From: Octopus sinensis
Taxonomy: Eukaryota
Reading direction: 5' to 3'
Length of the DNA: 64,000 bases
Assembly: GCF_006345805.1 (NCBI RefSeq)
Contig: NC_043011.1
Location: forward strand, 61,268,464-61,332,463
The notes under the pieces are model-generated. The model saw only the letters and a program-made list of their open reading frames with translations. It had not been told where the DNA came from and ran no database searches. Positions within the stretch are counted from its first letter, which is position 1; each line of letters begins with the position of its first letter. The position numbers were made by a program, and so were the translations under genes. This document shows positions 39,416-51,993 of the stretch, one piece after another.

Positions 39416-40018
39416 GAGAATTCACAAAAAAAATGAAGACAGGTGGTGTAGACAGGAAACAGATGTATTAGTATAACTCTCGGTAAGTGAAAATGTTTAA
39501 ACGTTTCGTGCCTACGCCCTTATACAGAATGGAACACAGAAAGAAACAAGGAGAGAAAATAACGAATGTGTAGTGGCTAGCGATCTATTATGGTGAATGC
39601 CGGACAGAAGGGTCATACAGGAGAGCTGGGGAGAAGGGGTGATAGTAAAGTATTGTTGATCCCAAAACGAAGCTGCGTTTGCGTGTCTATAAGAGAGCTT
39701 GTATGTGCGTGTGTAAGAAGACTCGTGATCTTGACGTGTGCGTGCGTGTATCTGTAGGTGTGAAAATATGGGTCTATAAAGTGGTCAGCGCTGATGTGTG
39801 CGTTGTGGTGTGTTGTGAAGTGCTGTGTTGTGTGGTATGGCGGTGTAAGGTGTAGCGGTGTGTGGTGTGGTGTGATGGTGTTCGGAGGTGGGGAGGTGAG
39901 AGTGGGAAAAGCAAGGGTGGGGTGCAGGTTAGACTGAAGGTGGGGGTACAGGTGGGGTATGAGGGAGTGGGTGTAAGAATGGGGAAGGATAGGGAAGGTG
40001 AGGGTAGAATGTATATAC

Positions 40019-40081
<63 letters not shown>

Positions 40082-40429
40082 AAAAATTGGTAGGGAAAGT
40101 CGCGTTCTGGTAAATATAAAATGTATATTAAGGTGAAAAGGCACAGAAATCTTGTTTGTATAGATAAAGATGATTTAATCCATTACAATATCTACAGTGT
40201 CGACCGGTTTAACTTCGCTAATCATGTTATGAAACCATAAGTTTTTGATTTAAACTTGCGTTGAAAGAGGTATGATACTGTTTTAACAGTTGTACTGGAG
40301 AGTATACCTCAACGGGGATAATCAGTGAATATGATATTTTTTTGATAAAGAGATAACCAATGGAATAATTAATATTTCTTCGCTAAAGTTGGTGTTTTAT
40401 TTGTGAAGTCCTTTATATATTTATTTTAA

Positions 40430-41180
40430 GTAATTGTTTGTATTTTTAAATAAATGTAACTTCTATATTTAGTCGTTGTTGAGTTGAGGTCCTGTCCGTG
40501 CATTCATATAGTGGGAATATTGTGAATTGCGGTTGGCCTTCCTTTGCAGATATTAGTGTATATGCTTCGTTATTTCTAGGGTTGTATGTATAAGGTCATA
40601 TTTTTAGAGTGGTTGTGTTGTTTGACCTCTCTTAGTGTTAGTATGTTAATTCTTTTTGCACGTTTTATCCCATCATCTATAAGAGAAGTTGGGTAGTGTT
40701 GTCGAGGAGTATGTTTTTAAGTTCTAGTAGGCTGAATTCTCTGGTGTTTTTTCCGGAACTATAGTGCAGATTTTTCTCGCTAGATTGAATGGGACATTTA
40801 CTTTAATATGTCTCGGGTGGCATGAGCTAAATAATAAGTATTGTTTCGAGTATGTAGTTTTGTAAAATATGTCGTTTTCTATTGTTTATTTACTTTTTTT
40901 TAGTATGTCTAGAAAAGGGTGTTTCTTTTTGCTGTGTTCCATTGAGAATTGTGTATTTATGCTATTGAGAAGTCTTTTGAATTCCAAAAGTTTCTCCATG
41001 TTCTCATTCCATAGAATGAAACAGTCATCCAAATATCTCTTCCAATTTTCCTTTAAGTTTTGGGAAAGGGAATTTCCGAATTTTGTGAGTGACTACTGAT
41101 ATACTGTCAGTTCCAAATAGTCCATTGTCATGTTGGCAAGAATGGGGGCTGCCTTGGTTCCCATCGCGACTCTATTACTA
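40430..41180 (-). mobile_element. Penelope-like element reverse transcriptase fragment
   Basis: Manual translation VAMGTKAAPILANMTMDYLE...WKRYLDDCFILW (YLDD at 41035-41024)...HPFLDI...FYKTTYSKQYLLFSSCHPRHIKVNVPFNLARKIC; in-frame stops; not in the ORF track. Confidence 0.88.
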
Positions 41181-42341
41181 CACAGATAAACACGAAAGAT
41201 GCATACTCCCCACCTATATCTATCTCTCTCTCATCAACAATAAAACACACACACACGATTTAAAATAAATAAGGGACATTGAACAAGCAGATTGTAGATT
41301 CGAAACCATAAGTTAGACGAAGTCCAACCGAGGACTGTGTATGTTCCTGTGTTGAAATGTTTTTCCCTCCTTACGTGTTTTCTATTGTTTTTCTTTTTCT
41401 GTCCCCAGGCTGATCGTGGTGGGAAAAGACCACGCCCTCGATGTACATTTGTAGGGCCTCCAAATGAAATAAGAGAACTGGATTAAAGAATTACAGACTC
41501 ATAATATACTGCTGTTCTAAGAATCGGTATATTGATATTAAGTAACTATTGTGCACGATGTTATTGAGTAATCCGCACAGTATTGATATATCATATAATC
41601 TTCAGAGTATTATTATATCAAATAATCCCTAGATTATCGAGATATCAAATAATCCTCACAGTTTTATGATGTCATGTAGTTTTCAGATTAGCAAAATATC
41701 TTTATCTTCCTTGATACTTTTTATCTCCCCCGTCCAATGAGATGAAAGTCGAACGTGGCAAGGGCGTGATTTGAAGACAGAGCGCACAGAGAGTGAACAA
41801 TAATCCGAGGCTTACTTTGCGATGCTCTACCGACTCTGTCCCGTTCAATCTTTTTGCCTTTGTTCTTTGACTACAGCTGGACCAAATGTTTAGTGCTGCT
41901 TAGTTCCTGCTCTTTATAGTTTTACTTCAAATTCTGCCGAGGTCAGCTTAGCCTTTGATCACTCTGAGGTCCATAAAATTAAGCACCTATAAAATACTGG
42001 CGCAATGGTATCGACTCGCCCACTCCCTTCAACAGCGCTCGCCTTGTGCTTCAATTGAAAGTCTGCTATATAAGATTTATATAAAGCTTCGAGAAAGAAG
42101 CGAGAACGACTCTCTCGTGTCTATCGCTTGCCGGCGGACGAAGGCATTACTACTTTACCTATTCCACAGAAAAATGTCTACCACCCATCGTCACACTTGG
42201 ATTCATAATAAATGATATGAGTATGATTTACATAAAGCACCAATTTGCAAAACAAAAAAACGAGAATGAGGCCCTCGTGTTTACTGTTAACGAAACAAAT
42301 GCATTAGTGAGACAAATATTACACTAGAGAATATCCATCAA

Positions 42342-42558
42342 AGGCGGCGAGTTGGCAGAAACGTTAGCACGCCGGGCGAAATGCGTAGCCGTATTTCGTC
42401 TGTCGTAACGTTGCGAGTTCAAATTCTGCCGAGGTCGACTTTTCCCTTCATCCTTTCGGGGTCGATAAATTAAGTGGGATCTATATAATCGACTTAATCC
42501 CTTTGTCTGTCCTTGTTTGTTCCCTCTGTGTTTAGCCCCTTGTGGGTAGTAAAATAAA
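42342..42558 (+). mobile_element. SINE family A, full length, tail type a
   Basis: aggcggcgagttggcagaaacgttagcacgcc...tttgtctgtccttgtttg...ccccttgtgggtagtaaa. Confidence 0.9.
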
Positions 42559-43061
42559 TATATAGAATATCTATCAGCTATCGTCACAATTAGATGCTAA
42601 AGATTATTTCTGCTCTTTACCGAATGTCTTCCAGGGTTCATTTTAGCTTGCAGTTCTCTAAGTTCAAATTGCGCCGAGGTCGATTTTTGTCACTCAACCG
42701 TTCAGGGTGGATCTCAAGTAAAAACTGGAGACGTTCATTCCTTGTCATGTATTTTTCTTCATTTTTGGTTTTTCGAAATCGGCTACATTGACGGGACCAA
42801 GCAAAGAATGGATATTTATTTCTTTATTGCCCACAAGGGAACAGACAAGGACAGACAAAGGTATTAAATATATTACATCGACCCCAGTGCGTAACTGGTA
42901 CTTATACAGTCGACCCCGAAATTTGAACTCAGAAGAATGGATATTAACGCCGTGAGTCCAACCAATTCCTTCTCCATCATTCTACGAACTCGTTCAGCAA
43001 GAACTTTGAATACAATTAACTTTTCCCTACCGGATAAGTAGTATAAATAATTTCTGAATAA

Positions 43062-43281
43062 AATATCCTTTTCTGGTCTAGGCACAAGGCTCGAAATTTT
43101 GGGGGAGGGGGGGCAGTCGATTAGACTGACCCCAGTACGCAACAGGTACTTAATTTATCGATCCCGAAATGATAAAAGGCTAAGTCAACCGCGGCGGAAT
43201 TTGAACTTAGAACGCAAAGACGGACGAAATACCGCTAAGCATTTCGCCAGGGCGTTAACGATTCTGGCAGCTCACCGCCTT
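43062..43281 (-). mobile_element. SINE family A, tail type b (another partial minus copy at 42812-42932)
   Basis: ...gaatttgaacttagaacg...gattctggcagctcaccgcctt; tail ggcacaaggctcgaaattttggggg. Confidence 0.85.
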
Positions 43282-43488
43282 TTCTGAATTAAATATCGAT
43301 GGCGTTGTGGCAACTTTGCATTCATCTGATGGGTTAGTTGATACGTTTGTAGTGTAGAAATTCATTATCATTAAACGAAAATATTATTGACAGTAACTTC
43401 GAGGTTTCGGCCAGTTAAGCGATCGGTTGACGATGGATTAACTGTCTAAAACTTCGAAATTAATTTCAATAATATTCTTGCATAATTT

Positions 43489-43536
<48 letters not shown>

Positions 43537-43742
43537 AAACATCATTCTGTTACATAATTTAGTCTTTTAAGCTTTGCAACGCTGGAGCGCTACTGTAAAG
43601 TGTTTTAGTCGAAGAAAATCGACCCAGAACTTATTCTTTGTAAGCCTAGTACTTTTGCCAAACCGTTAACATCGGTTGTTAAGCGATGGTGAGGTGAGGG
43701 ACGGCAAAAACAGACATAAAGACACACACAAATTAAAACATG

Positions 43743-43774
<32 letters not shown>

Positions 43775-43954
43775 AAAGAATAAGATCGTTAATATCAAGC
43801 ATGGAAAAAATAACCTTCAAAGGTAATAATTATTAAAATTATGAATTAGAGTTAGATTTATAAATTATGAATTTAGAGTCAGATCATGGCTGCTATTTTC
43901 AGCATGGTGGTATCTCGTAGATACCCTAATTTATAATATATATATACATATATA

Positions 43955-45128
43955 CTAGCAGAGATACCCGGCGTTGCCCGGTTACATTCAATTGAAGAAT
44001 TAGACTTTTCTGTTATATTTTCTGAATGAACTGGAATATCTATGTTTCGAATTTCATCAAAGTTGCAGATGAGGGTTATTTCCCTCTTTGAACACCCTAA
44101 AAAATTGTAATCGTGCCACATGGAAAACAAAAGACGAATGATCACAATAAGCAGTCAGTTACCCTACCCTAGTCGTTACCACTCCCAATGTAGGATTCCT
44201 CACCATCCAGGTGACAGGCACAGCCGTAAGATGCAATACGAATCTGTAGCAATTGGAAGGACATGACCCAACTGAAATCAACATTAACAACTGTGTGACG
44301 TGAGGGCTTAGGAGAAATTAAAGTGTCACCTCTGGAGTTTGCAAATGACAACTATACTGATGCGTAACTGGACAGAATGAATTTAAAATCTATAAAAGTC
44401 TTAGAATAACCAGTCACTCATCTGGGAAGGCTTTGTAATGAATGTCATCATCTGGGGACTATGTGTGACCGAGTGATAATAAAAAGACTGAAAGGAGGTC
44501 TGCAATCAAATAACTTTACTCAACACTTTGCAACTGAATCAGTGGAGACAAAGATGCCTCTCATTTACTTAACAATTTATGCACCACATTGCATAAATCA
44601 CAATGTAAGTGTATGTCAAAGCAAACTGTTACACTGTTGTACCATTGAATTAGAAATAATGCCCAACTTTTATGCTTGGGTAACCCCACAGCTTCCAACA
44701 GCACAACTATATTCGTTTTTGCTTGGATGAAATGATAAAATTGTGGGTGTTAAGTCCCTATGGAGGGGTCTTTCTAACTTTGTAAGAAGATGAAATTTTA
44801 TAAATATTACTTCATTTGTGTCTAATATCTATGGTTAAAATTTCATTAACAGCAAAAAAATGTATGAATTGTCATGGGGGTTATGGCCCTTATGCTTAGA
44901 ATATAATTTCCAAATTTCATAAAGATCCATTCAGTACTTTTGACCTAGTTTTGGATCATAGCGTCGACTGTGGGCTTGTAGCTGTGTACAGTCGTCTCAA
45001 TGAGTCTTGCCCATGACACTCCATGGACACTAAGTAAGTCGTGTGTAAAATTTGAATGAAATTGGTTGTGTAGTTTTAGGGATTCACACAGACAGACAGA
45101 CAGACATTCTCACTTTCATATATATCGA
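43955..45128 (-). mobile_element. Non-autonomous Helitron H-A (about 1.17 kb)
   Basis: CTAG at 43955-43958 with GC-rich hairpin-like cccggcgttgcccgg, same family as the 3' end of 12524-13027; minus-strand 5' end A|TCGATATATATGAAAGTGAGAATGTCTGTC at 45128. Confidence 0.75.
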
Positions 45129-45132
45129 TATA

Positions 45133-46154
45133 CTAGCATTATGACCCTGTCGTTGCCGGGTCATAGTGCTAGTGCATGTATATATGTGTATATATATGTG
45201 TACATATTACATGTACATCTATATATATATACATCTACACATAAAATACAAAATACAAAGTTATATCTTGATATCGCTAGTGATAACAATACTCAAATTA
45301 CATAACAGACTGGAATTGTAGGCCCGTCTATTGCAATTTCGATCAATTGGATCTTGTGGTCCCTCTTGTATAGAAGTGTACGTCTGCAGCGAAATTCATT
45401 TTTGGACTTTCTTCTATCGAAGGCATTTTAACAAAAATGCTTCCGTAAAGACGGTGAAAATATTGTCAATTTCCCCAAACAGGGACATAATTCAATTTTT
45501 AAACAATTACCAAAGCCCCTTCTCCGAAAGTGGGGTGGGTTACGGTTTACAATTATTCAACAAATGCAACACAACAACGTTTCCCTGACGAGAAACCAAC
45601 AAATGTGATTACAATAGTCAAACAGTAAGAATAATAACAACAAACCTTTTTAATTTATCCCCATTTATGTGAAACCACTTATTCAAGTTCAAGTCATTGA
45701 TGCAATTTTATACGAATTGCTAATACACACACACATAATAAGTGTGAAAATTGAATATTAATTTGATTAATATGAATTGAAAACCAGTGGTGTAGCATAT
45801 AAGACCAAAGCGGATCTTCTTCTAGCAAAATGGATGACCAGTGTTAATGGTTCATCCCTGTTATATAATACTTTCACTTTAATAGTTTCAGTATTAAAGT
45901 GAATGTCTGCATTACAATAGAGAGATGTTTTTATTTCACTTTTAACACGTAATACTGAAATAGTGGATAAGATATGATATTGCTGTGGGGTCGCCCTAGG
46001 GAAAAAGTAAGAATTGACACTCCTCGGACCTTAAGTAAGGTATGTGTAAAATTTGAATGAAATTGGTTGTGGCGTTCAAGTTTTAGAGAAACAGACAGAC
46101 AGACAGACAGACACACATTCTCAGTTTGATATATATATATATATATATATATAT

Positions 46155-46157
<3 letters not shown>
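45133..46157 (-). mobile_element. Non-autonomous Helitron H-B (about 1.0 kb), head-to-tail with H-A
   Basis: CTAG at 45133-45136 within a 42-nt palindrome; 5' end A|TCTATAT...CAAACTGAGAATGTGTGTCTGTC at 46157; terminal 100 bp resemble those of H-A. Confidence 0.72.
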
Positions 46158-46215
<58 letters not shown>

Positions 46216-46216
46216 T

Positions 46217-46264
<48 letters not shown>

Positions 46265-46267
46265 ACA

Positions 46268-46430
46268 AAAACACACGACGGAAGTTTTCAGTTTCCGTCT
46301 ACCAAATCCACTCACAAAGCTTTGGTCAGCCCGAGGTTATAGTAGAAGACACTTGCCTAAGGAGCCACACAGAGTGGGACTGAACCCTGTGGTTGGGAAT
46401 CATGTTCCTTACCACATAGCCACGCATAAG

Positions 46431-46432
<2 letters not shown>
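46268..46432 (-). mobile_element. SINE family B, 5' part
   Basis: cagtttccgtctaccaaatccactcac...gtgggactgaaccc...ccacatagccac. Confidence 0.8.
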
Positions 46433-46471
<39 letters not shown>

Positions 46472-47299
46472 GTGTGTAACTTCTAGTTAATTCATGAACA
46501 CGTTTGGTCCTGCATATTCTCTTCTCTTTAACTTCGATTATCTTCTTCACACAAATATCCAATCAATAGTTTCATGGTTATATTCGATTTTTCTGTTTAG
46601 TCAATGTTGTCTGATCTTCGCTACTAATTGTTTCTTGATTATAATTGATTGTTATCTGTTGTTACCTGGGAGCGGAATCCATCTTACAGTTAACTGTCGT
46701 TGTTTAACGTTGTTCTATAATTTATTTATCGTTGTTTATCGTTGCGTAGACATTTGAAAGGACAAACGCACCGCGCGCATATGCACGCACGCACTCACTC
46801 TCTCTCTCTCTCTCTCTCTCTCATACACACATGAACAAACAAAGAAATACACACGCACACACGCACATACACACACACGCACACTTGCAGAATGAGGAGG
46901 ACGAAAATGTCGGAGTTGGGGAGAAAAAGAAGCAGAGACGAGCGGGAAGAGTCAACGACGACGAAGAAGAGTCGGAAGAAGTGAAGGAAAGAGGATGGAA
47001 AGAAGAACAAAGAAGAGAACACACGAAGGAGCTGGAGGAAGAAGGAGAGAATAGAAGAAAAAATAAAGAAGAAAGAGAGGAACCACTCCACAATCGCCAT
47101 CAAAGCTAAGACGGCCTTGACTAGAAGCCTTTGCTTATCCAGTTGCAATCCATCTCAATCCTGTTGCTTTCTCTGTTTAAGTGTTTAATTCCCTTAGCGT
47201 TACGCAAAAGGTAGTTCGATAAGAACATGATATCGATTGAAGATATATAAAACATCAGGCACCGAGATGATAAGATCGTTATCACGTTGGACAAAAGGC

Positions 47300-47462
47300 G
47301 TAGCAGCATTCCGTCCGTCTACATCCTGAGTTCAAATTCCACCGACGTCGACCTCGCCTTTTTTTCTTTTCGGAATAAAATAAAAACCTCCTGAGCGTTG
47401 GGGCCAATGCAATCGACTTGACCCCGTTCTCAAAATTGCTGGCCTTGTGTCAAAATTCCAAA
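47300..47462 (+). mobile_element. SINE family A, partial
   Basis: cctgagttcaaattccaccgacgtcgacctcgcc...caaaattgctggccttgtgtc. Confidence 0.65.
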
Positions 47463-48289
47463 TCAATATATTGACCGCATATATATATAAAAAAAAAGGC
47501 GGGTGAATATCTACGAATGTATTCCATTTAGTGTATTACGCTGAAATAAGCTTTGCTAATGCAACAGTATGAGATACGCTTAACATTCATACATACATAC
47601 ATACACACATACATACACACATACATACATACATACATACATACACACATACATACATACATACATACATACATGCATTCATACATATATACATGCATAC
47701 ATGTATATATACATACATACTAACATGCATACATACATATACCTAACTACATACATTCATACTAACATACATACATACATACATACATACATACAGAGTG
47801 GCAGCATCTCGATCTTGTGTAATGCCATCACTTGATTATTCTCTAAAATGTGAACAGCACAGGTGTGACTTTTCAGAATGACTAAGGAATTACACGTATT
47901 TGCACAGTTGTAGCAATGACGAGCGACTCTTGCAGTAGGCTTTACATTATTGCCTTGGCAAACCTTCACATGATATCCCTGTCCGATTTCTGAGGCACGT
48001 TCCCATTTCACACTCCGTGTAATAAAGGTGGCGTATAATGTAGATAGGTTAAAAACTGTCATGTAACTCTTATGATGAGTTCTAAGACCTGATCTGCTTT
48101 ATTTGCACTGACTCCCCCATACCTGTTGTATGCTAAATTGGTTTTGACGCCAACAGACTCAGGAGAATTCACTCCAATATCCTTACAAAGATTTCTCTGG
48201 AGCTTTTCATATTGGTACGATTCTGTACTAACAAACTTACAAATCACACACACGCACACACGGACATGCACATACACCCACCCCATATA

Positions 48290-48566
48290 TATATATATAG
48301 TAGAATAAGAAATAGAAAGTCCTTCCTACAGAATTATGTATTGAAAGATTGAATAGAAAATGGCTTTTCTGATAGTTCCCAGTTTATATATATATGTGTA
48401 TTTGTGTGTGAGTTATCACTAGCGATATCAAGATATAACTTTGTATTTTGCATTTTATGTGTAGATGTATATATATAGATGTACATTGAATATGTACACA
48501 TATATATATACACATATATACATGCACTAGCACTATGACCCGGCAACGACGGGTCTTTAATGCTAG
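48290..48566 (+). mobile_element. Short Helitron H-C sharing its 3' 156 bp with H-B
   Basis: 48412-48567 is the reverse complement of 45132-45287; ends CTAG|T at 48563-48567; the 5' boundary is uncertain. Confidence 0.65.
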
Positions 48567-49358
48567 TATATGTATATATATGTGTGTGTATGTATATGTA
48601 TTTGTGTGTGTGTATATATACACATACATACATACATGCATACACATACAGTCCGACAATAGTTTAGTCGAACGAAATTCGAAATCACTTAAAGCAACAT
48701 TCTTGTATAAGAATGATCAATTTTTACTCTACAAAAGAGTAACCTATCAGATTAATCTAAATCTATGTTTATACGCCCACACACACACACACGTATATAT
48801 ATATACCATACATAACCACATTGATGTGGTTATGTATGGTATATATTATGTCAGTTGTGACAGAAACCACAATGTCGGAATCTGATTTTTACTTTCATCC
48901 CCACTCCATGAAACCTGACATGAAAATATGTCGGACAAAATAGAAGACAGATGAATTTCTAACCAATTAAAGAGAAACATCATAAAATTTTCTACTTCAG
49001 ATTTATCGCTGGAAACATTATGATTCTCATTATCTAGGAACTTGTCCGTTGTTATCGTTAAATATATAGTGAATAACTCAGTCAAGACTTTGCTTTATTT
49101 CATAGAATTTTGATTGCCTGAACTGAGCTTAAAATCGAAAATAAGCCAACAATAAACTGTCACTTTCATTCCTGCTGAACATGTTAATTGTTCTTTCCTT
49201 AGAATACCTGAGGATATTGGAAAGAATCACTGTTATGATAGCTTGCATTGTATTATCTGGGGAGGATTCTACAACAATGTGTCTCAAGTGTGATGGCTTT
49301 ACAATCCCTTGCAGATCATAATCTCACCATTTTCAGAGTATTGTAACGCAATAATTGT

Positions 49359-49395
<37 letters not shown>

Positions 49396-49744
49396 CGAGA
49401 GAAAGGAGGAAATGGGGAAAGAGGACACAAACAATCAAACAACAACCAATTAAAATCCATAGTAAAATTCCAATTAATATATTTATGGTTTCAAATAATA
49501 ACTTTTACATAGAATTGTTTGCGTCTCTCAAATGTCAATGATTTGTTTTTTCTTTTTGTCAAGTTTACGGTGAAGCTTCAAAATATACAACCTTAGAAAA
49601 CAAAGAGAGGAGAGAGAGCAAAAAAAAAAGATGAAAACAAAACCGAAAAAAGGAATAACATCACTAAGAATGCTACTTCCTGCTGCTGCTGCTACTACTA
49701 CTGCTACTGCTACCACTACTACTGCTGCTGCTGCTGCTGCTTGG

Positions 49745-50110
49745 AATTATTCTTCTACTCTAGATAAAAAACCAGAAATTTCAGAGGAGTGGGTTTGTCG
49801 GTTACATTAATGCTTAAATGGTATTTATTTTATCGACTGCGGAAGGATGAGAGGCAACATCGGCCTAGGCAGAATTTGAACTCATAATGTACAAACTAAA
49901 TGCCGCTGAACATTTTGTCCCGCGTTTTAGCGATTCTACCAACGCATCACCTTTACAAGAACGAATAAAAATCCTTACTACAATAGGCACATCGACCCTG
50001 GTGTTTCACTGGTACTTAATCGACTTCGGAAGCATGAAAGGCAAATTCGACCACGGTGGGATTTGAACCCAAAACGCAAAGACGAACTAAACGCCGAGAA
50101 AGCATTTTAT
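49745..50110 (-). mobile_element. Two degenerate SINE family A copies
   Basis: gaatttgaactc, gattctaccaac, ggcaaattcgacc and ggatttgaaccc motifs. Confidence 0.6.
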
Positions 50111-51700
50111 TCGATGTGCTAGGAGAAGAAGAAGAAGAAGTAGGAGAAGAAGAAGTAAACAAACAACAACAACAAAGTCCTCGAAATTTCCAGTTGACAA
50201 GTGAACGACGATTCAAACAATGGCAGATCTCATTAGAAATTGGAAACTTTTAGATTTTAAACTTTAGATTAAATCTCACTGCCTAAGATTCATTGTCATT
50301 TCTTCAAGTGTGTGTTTCTTGTTTATATAGGTTTCTTTCTTGCGGCTATATTATTTTAAATAATCCAAGCTACAAAGTTAATTTTCTTTAATTCCTGACG
50401 AATATCGTAAATTCAAAATGGTTGCTGGTATCATCTATATAAATGGTAGTGGGCATACATTTAAAAGTTGGGGCTACATACCGATGACGCGTTTCGCTTC
50501 AGAAACACGTGTCTAATCATCATCATGCAAACGCCATCTTGAACGAAATTCATGCGATGTTGAGAGAGTTTGTTTTTGAACATAGCTGAATATAAATGAT
50601 GGATCCTAGCTAGAGAGATGTTGTATGAGTGTGAGGCAGGTACCTGTTTGCCCAAAAGGCACGGTTGTGCAATACGAGCGGTGGTTCTGTTCTCAAAATA
50701 CATCGGTTTATGCGATGTCGGTTTCAAAAGACGGCAGTCGATCCCGTTGACAGAGCCTGACATCGATGAGAAAGTTTGTTGCTGCGTAAAGCCACCGAAA
50801 GAATGGACCCAAAACAGCACATTCTCTTTTGATAACCTCTGAAGCCAACTGGTGTTCAGTATGCAAATTTTTCCACTGCACTTGCACAAGCAAGCTGTTG
50901 GTAAATAACATCTTCATTAATGGTATGATTATTTCGCTGAGTTTTCTTTTATTCTTGAGATTATCCCTTTGCATATGAAATTAGGTCAGACTGCTACGAA
51001 ACGGCCGTTATTCAATATACAACAATAAGTATTTGTTAATAAACGCCACTAACCTCTCTATTATTTCCACTTGCTCATTTCCATCGTGTCCAAAGCGAGT
51101 CGCAGAGGGCGCTTTCAATTCTCAGCTGTTCTTCAAACGTATTTACTCGCATTCCTAATGGATTAGAAAGCGGACCAGTTTACATTTTCTCTTCCTTACC
51201 ACGTTCGAAAATAGATTATTTTTCACGATTTAATCGTAGTAATCGACATATTAATCAATAAAAGAATATATGCTACTGAAATAGCTGTGGTAATTTTTAA
51301 AAACCCATATGTGTCCCACTTTTACAAAAGCGTCACACCTGGAATCATCTCAAAGCTGGATCGGGACCCTATATCAGTGTTTATATATTCGTACATGTAC
51401 GTATAGGTGGCGCTCGTCTCTTTCTCGGTGAATGCTGAAGATTATCTGTATATTTTGTATCTTTTCATTTGTCTTGCTCGCTTACGTTCTGGGGTTGGCT
51501 TAATTTTCTTGAGTACATTCTTTCTTAGTGGTAAGACCATGGGTGGGGGTCGACTTCTAGCATAATGTACGTCCACTTAGTGGTCATCCCTCTTATATAT
51601 ATGTAATTTAATTTTTCTAAATCTTCAGATTTTTCTATATGCTCGACCACTGGTTTTAAATTGATATTAATCAAATCAATATTCAACTTTTCACCCTTAT

Positions 51701-51731
<31 letters not shown>

Positions 51732-51886
51732 CTTTATTTAAAGCAGCAGAAAATTCAACAAAACCTGTTACTCTGAGTTTCCCGTTGCCGTTCATCGGTT
51801 CCATTCTAGCAAAAACTGTCCGATGAACGGCAACGGGAAACTCAGAGTAACAGGTTTTGTTGAATTTTCTGCTGCTTTAAATAAAG
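51732..51886. repeat. Perfect 67-bp inverted repeat with a 21-nt spacer
   Basis: 51732-51798 ctttatttaaagcagcag...gttcatcgg is the reverse complement of 51820-51886 ccgatgaac...ctttaaataaag. Confidence 0.97.
51816..51853 (+). ncRNA. Minimal hammerhead-like motif (variant core) in the right arm of the fold-back
   Basis: ctgt-CCGATGA-a-cg GCAA cg-g-GAAAC-tcaga-GTA-acag. Stem I ctgt/acag, GNRA-capped stem II, GUA site. Confidence 0.55.
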
Positions 51887-51957
51887 CATATTACTCTACC
51901 ACTGGTATTTGAGTACTCTTTTTTCCACCTTGTTTCACATTTATGTGTTTACTCCGG

Positions 51958-51993
<36 letters not shown>

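Noticed and set aside
46831-47109. 92-aa Glu/Lys/Arg-rich ORF
   Set aside because: Purine-rich low-complexity tract next to (GA)n/(CA)n repeats, with no domain signal
47757-48286. Two adjacent minus ORFs that look like a decayed transposase or Cys-rich protein
   Set aside because: No motif I can name, and both ORFs run into microsatellites; needs an HMM search
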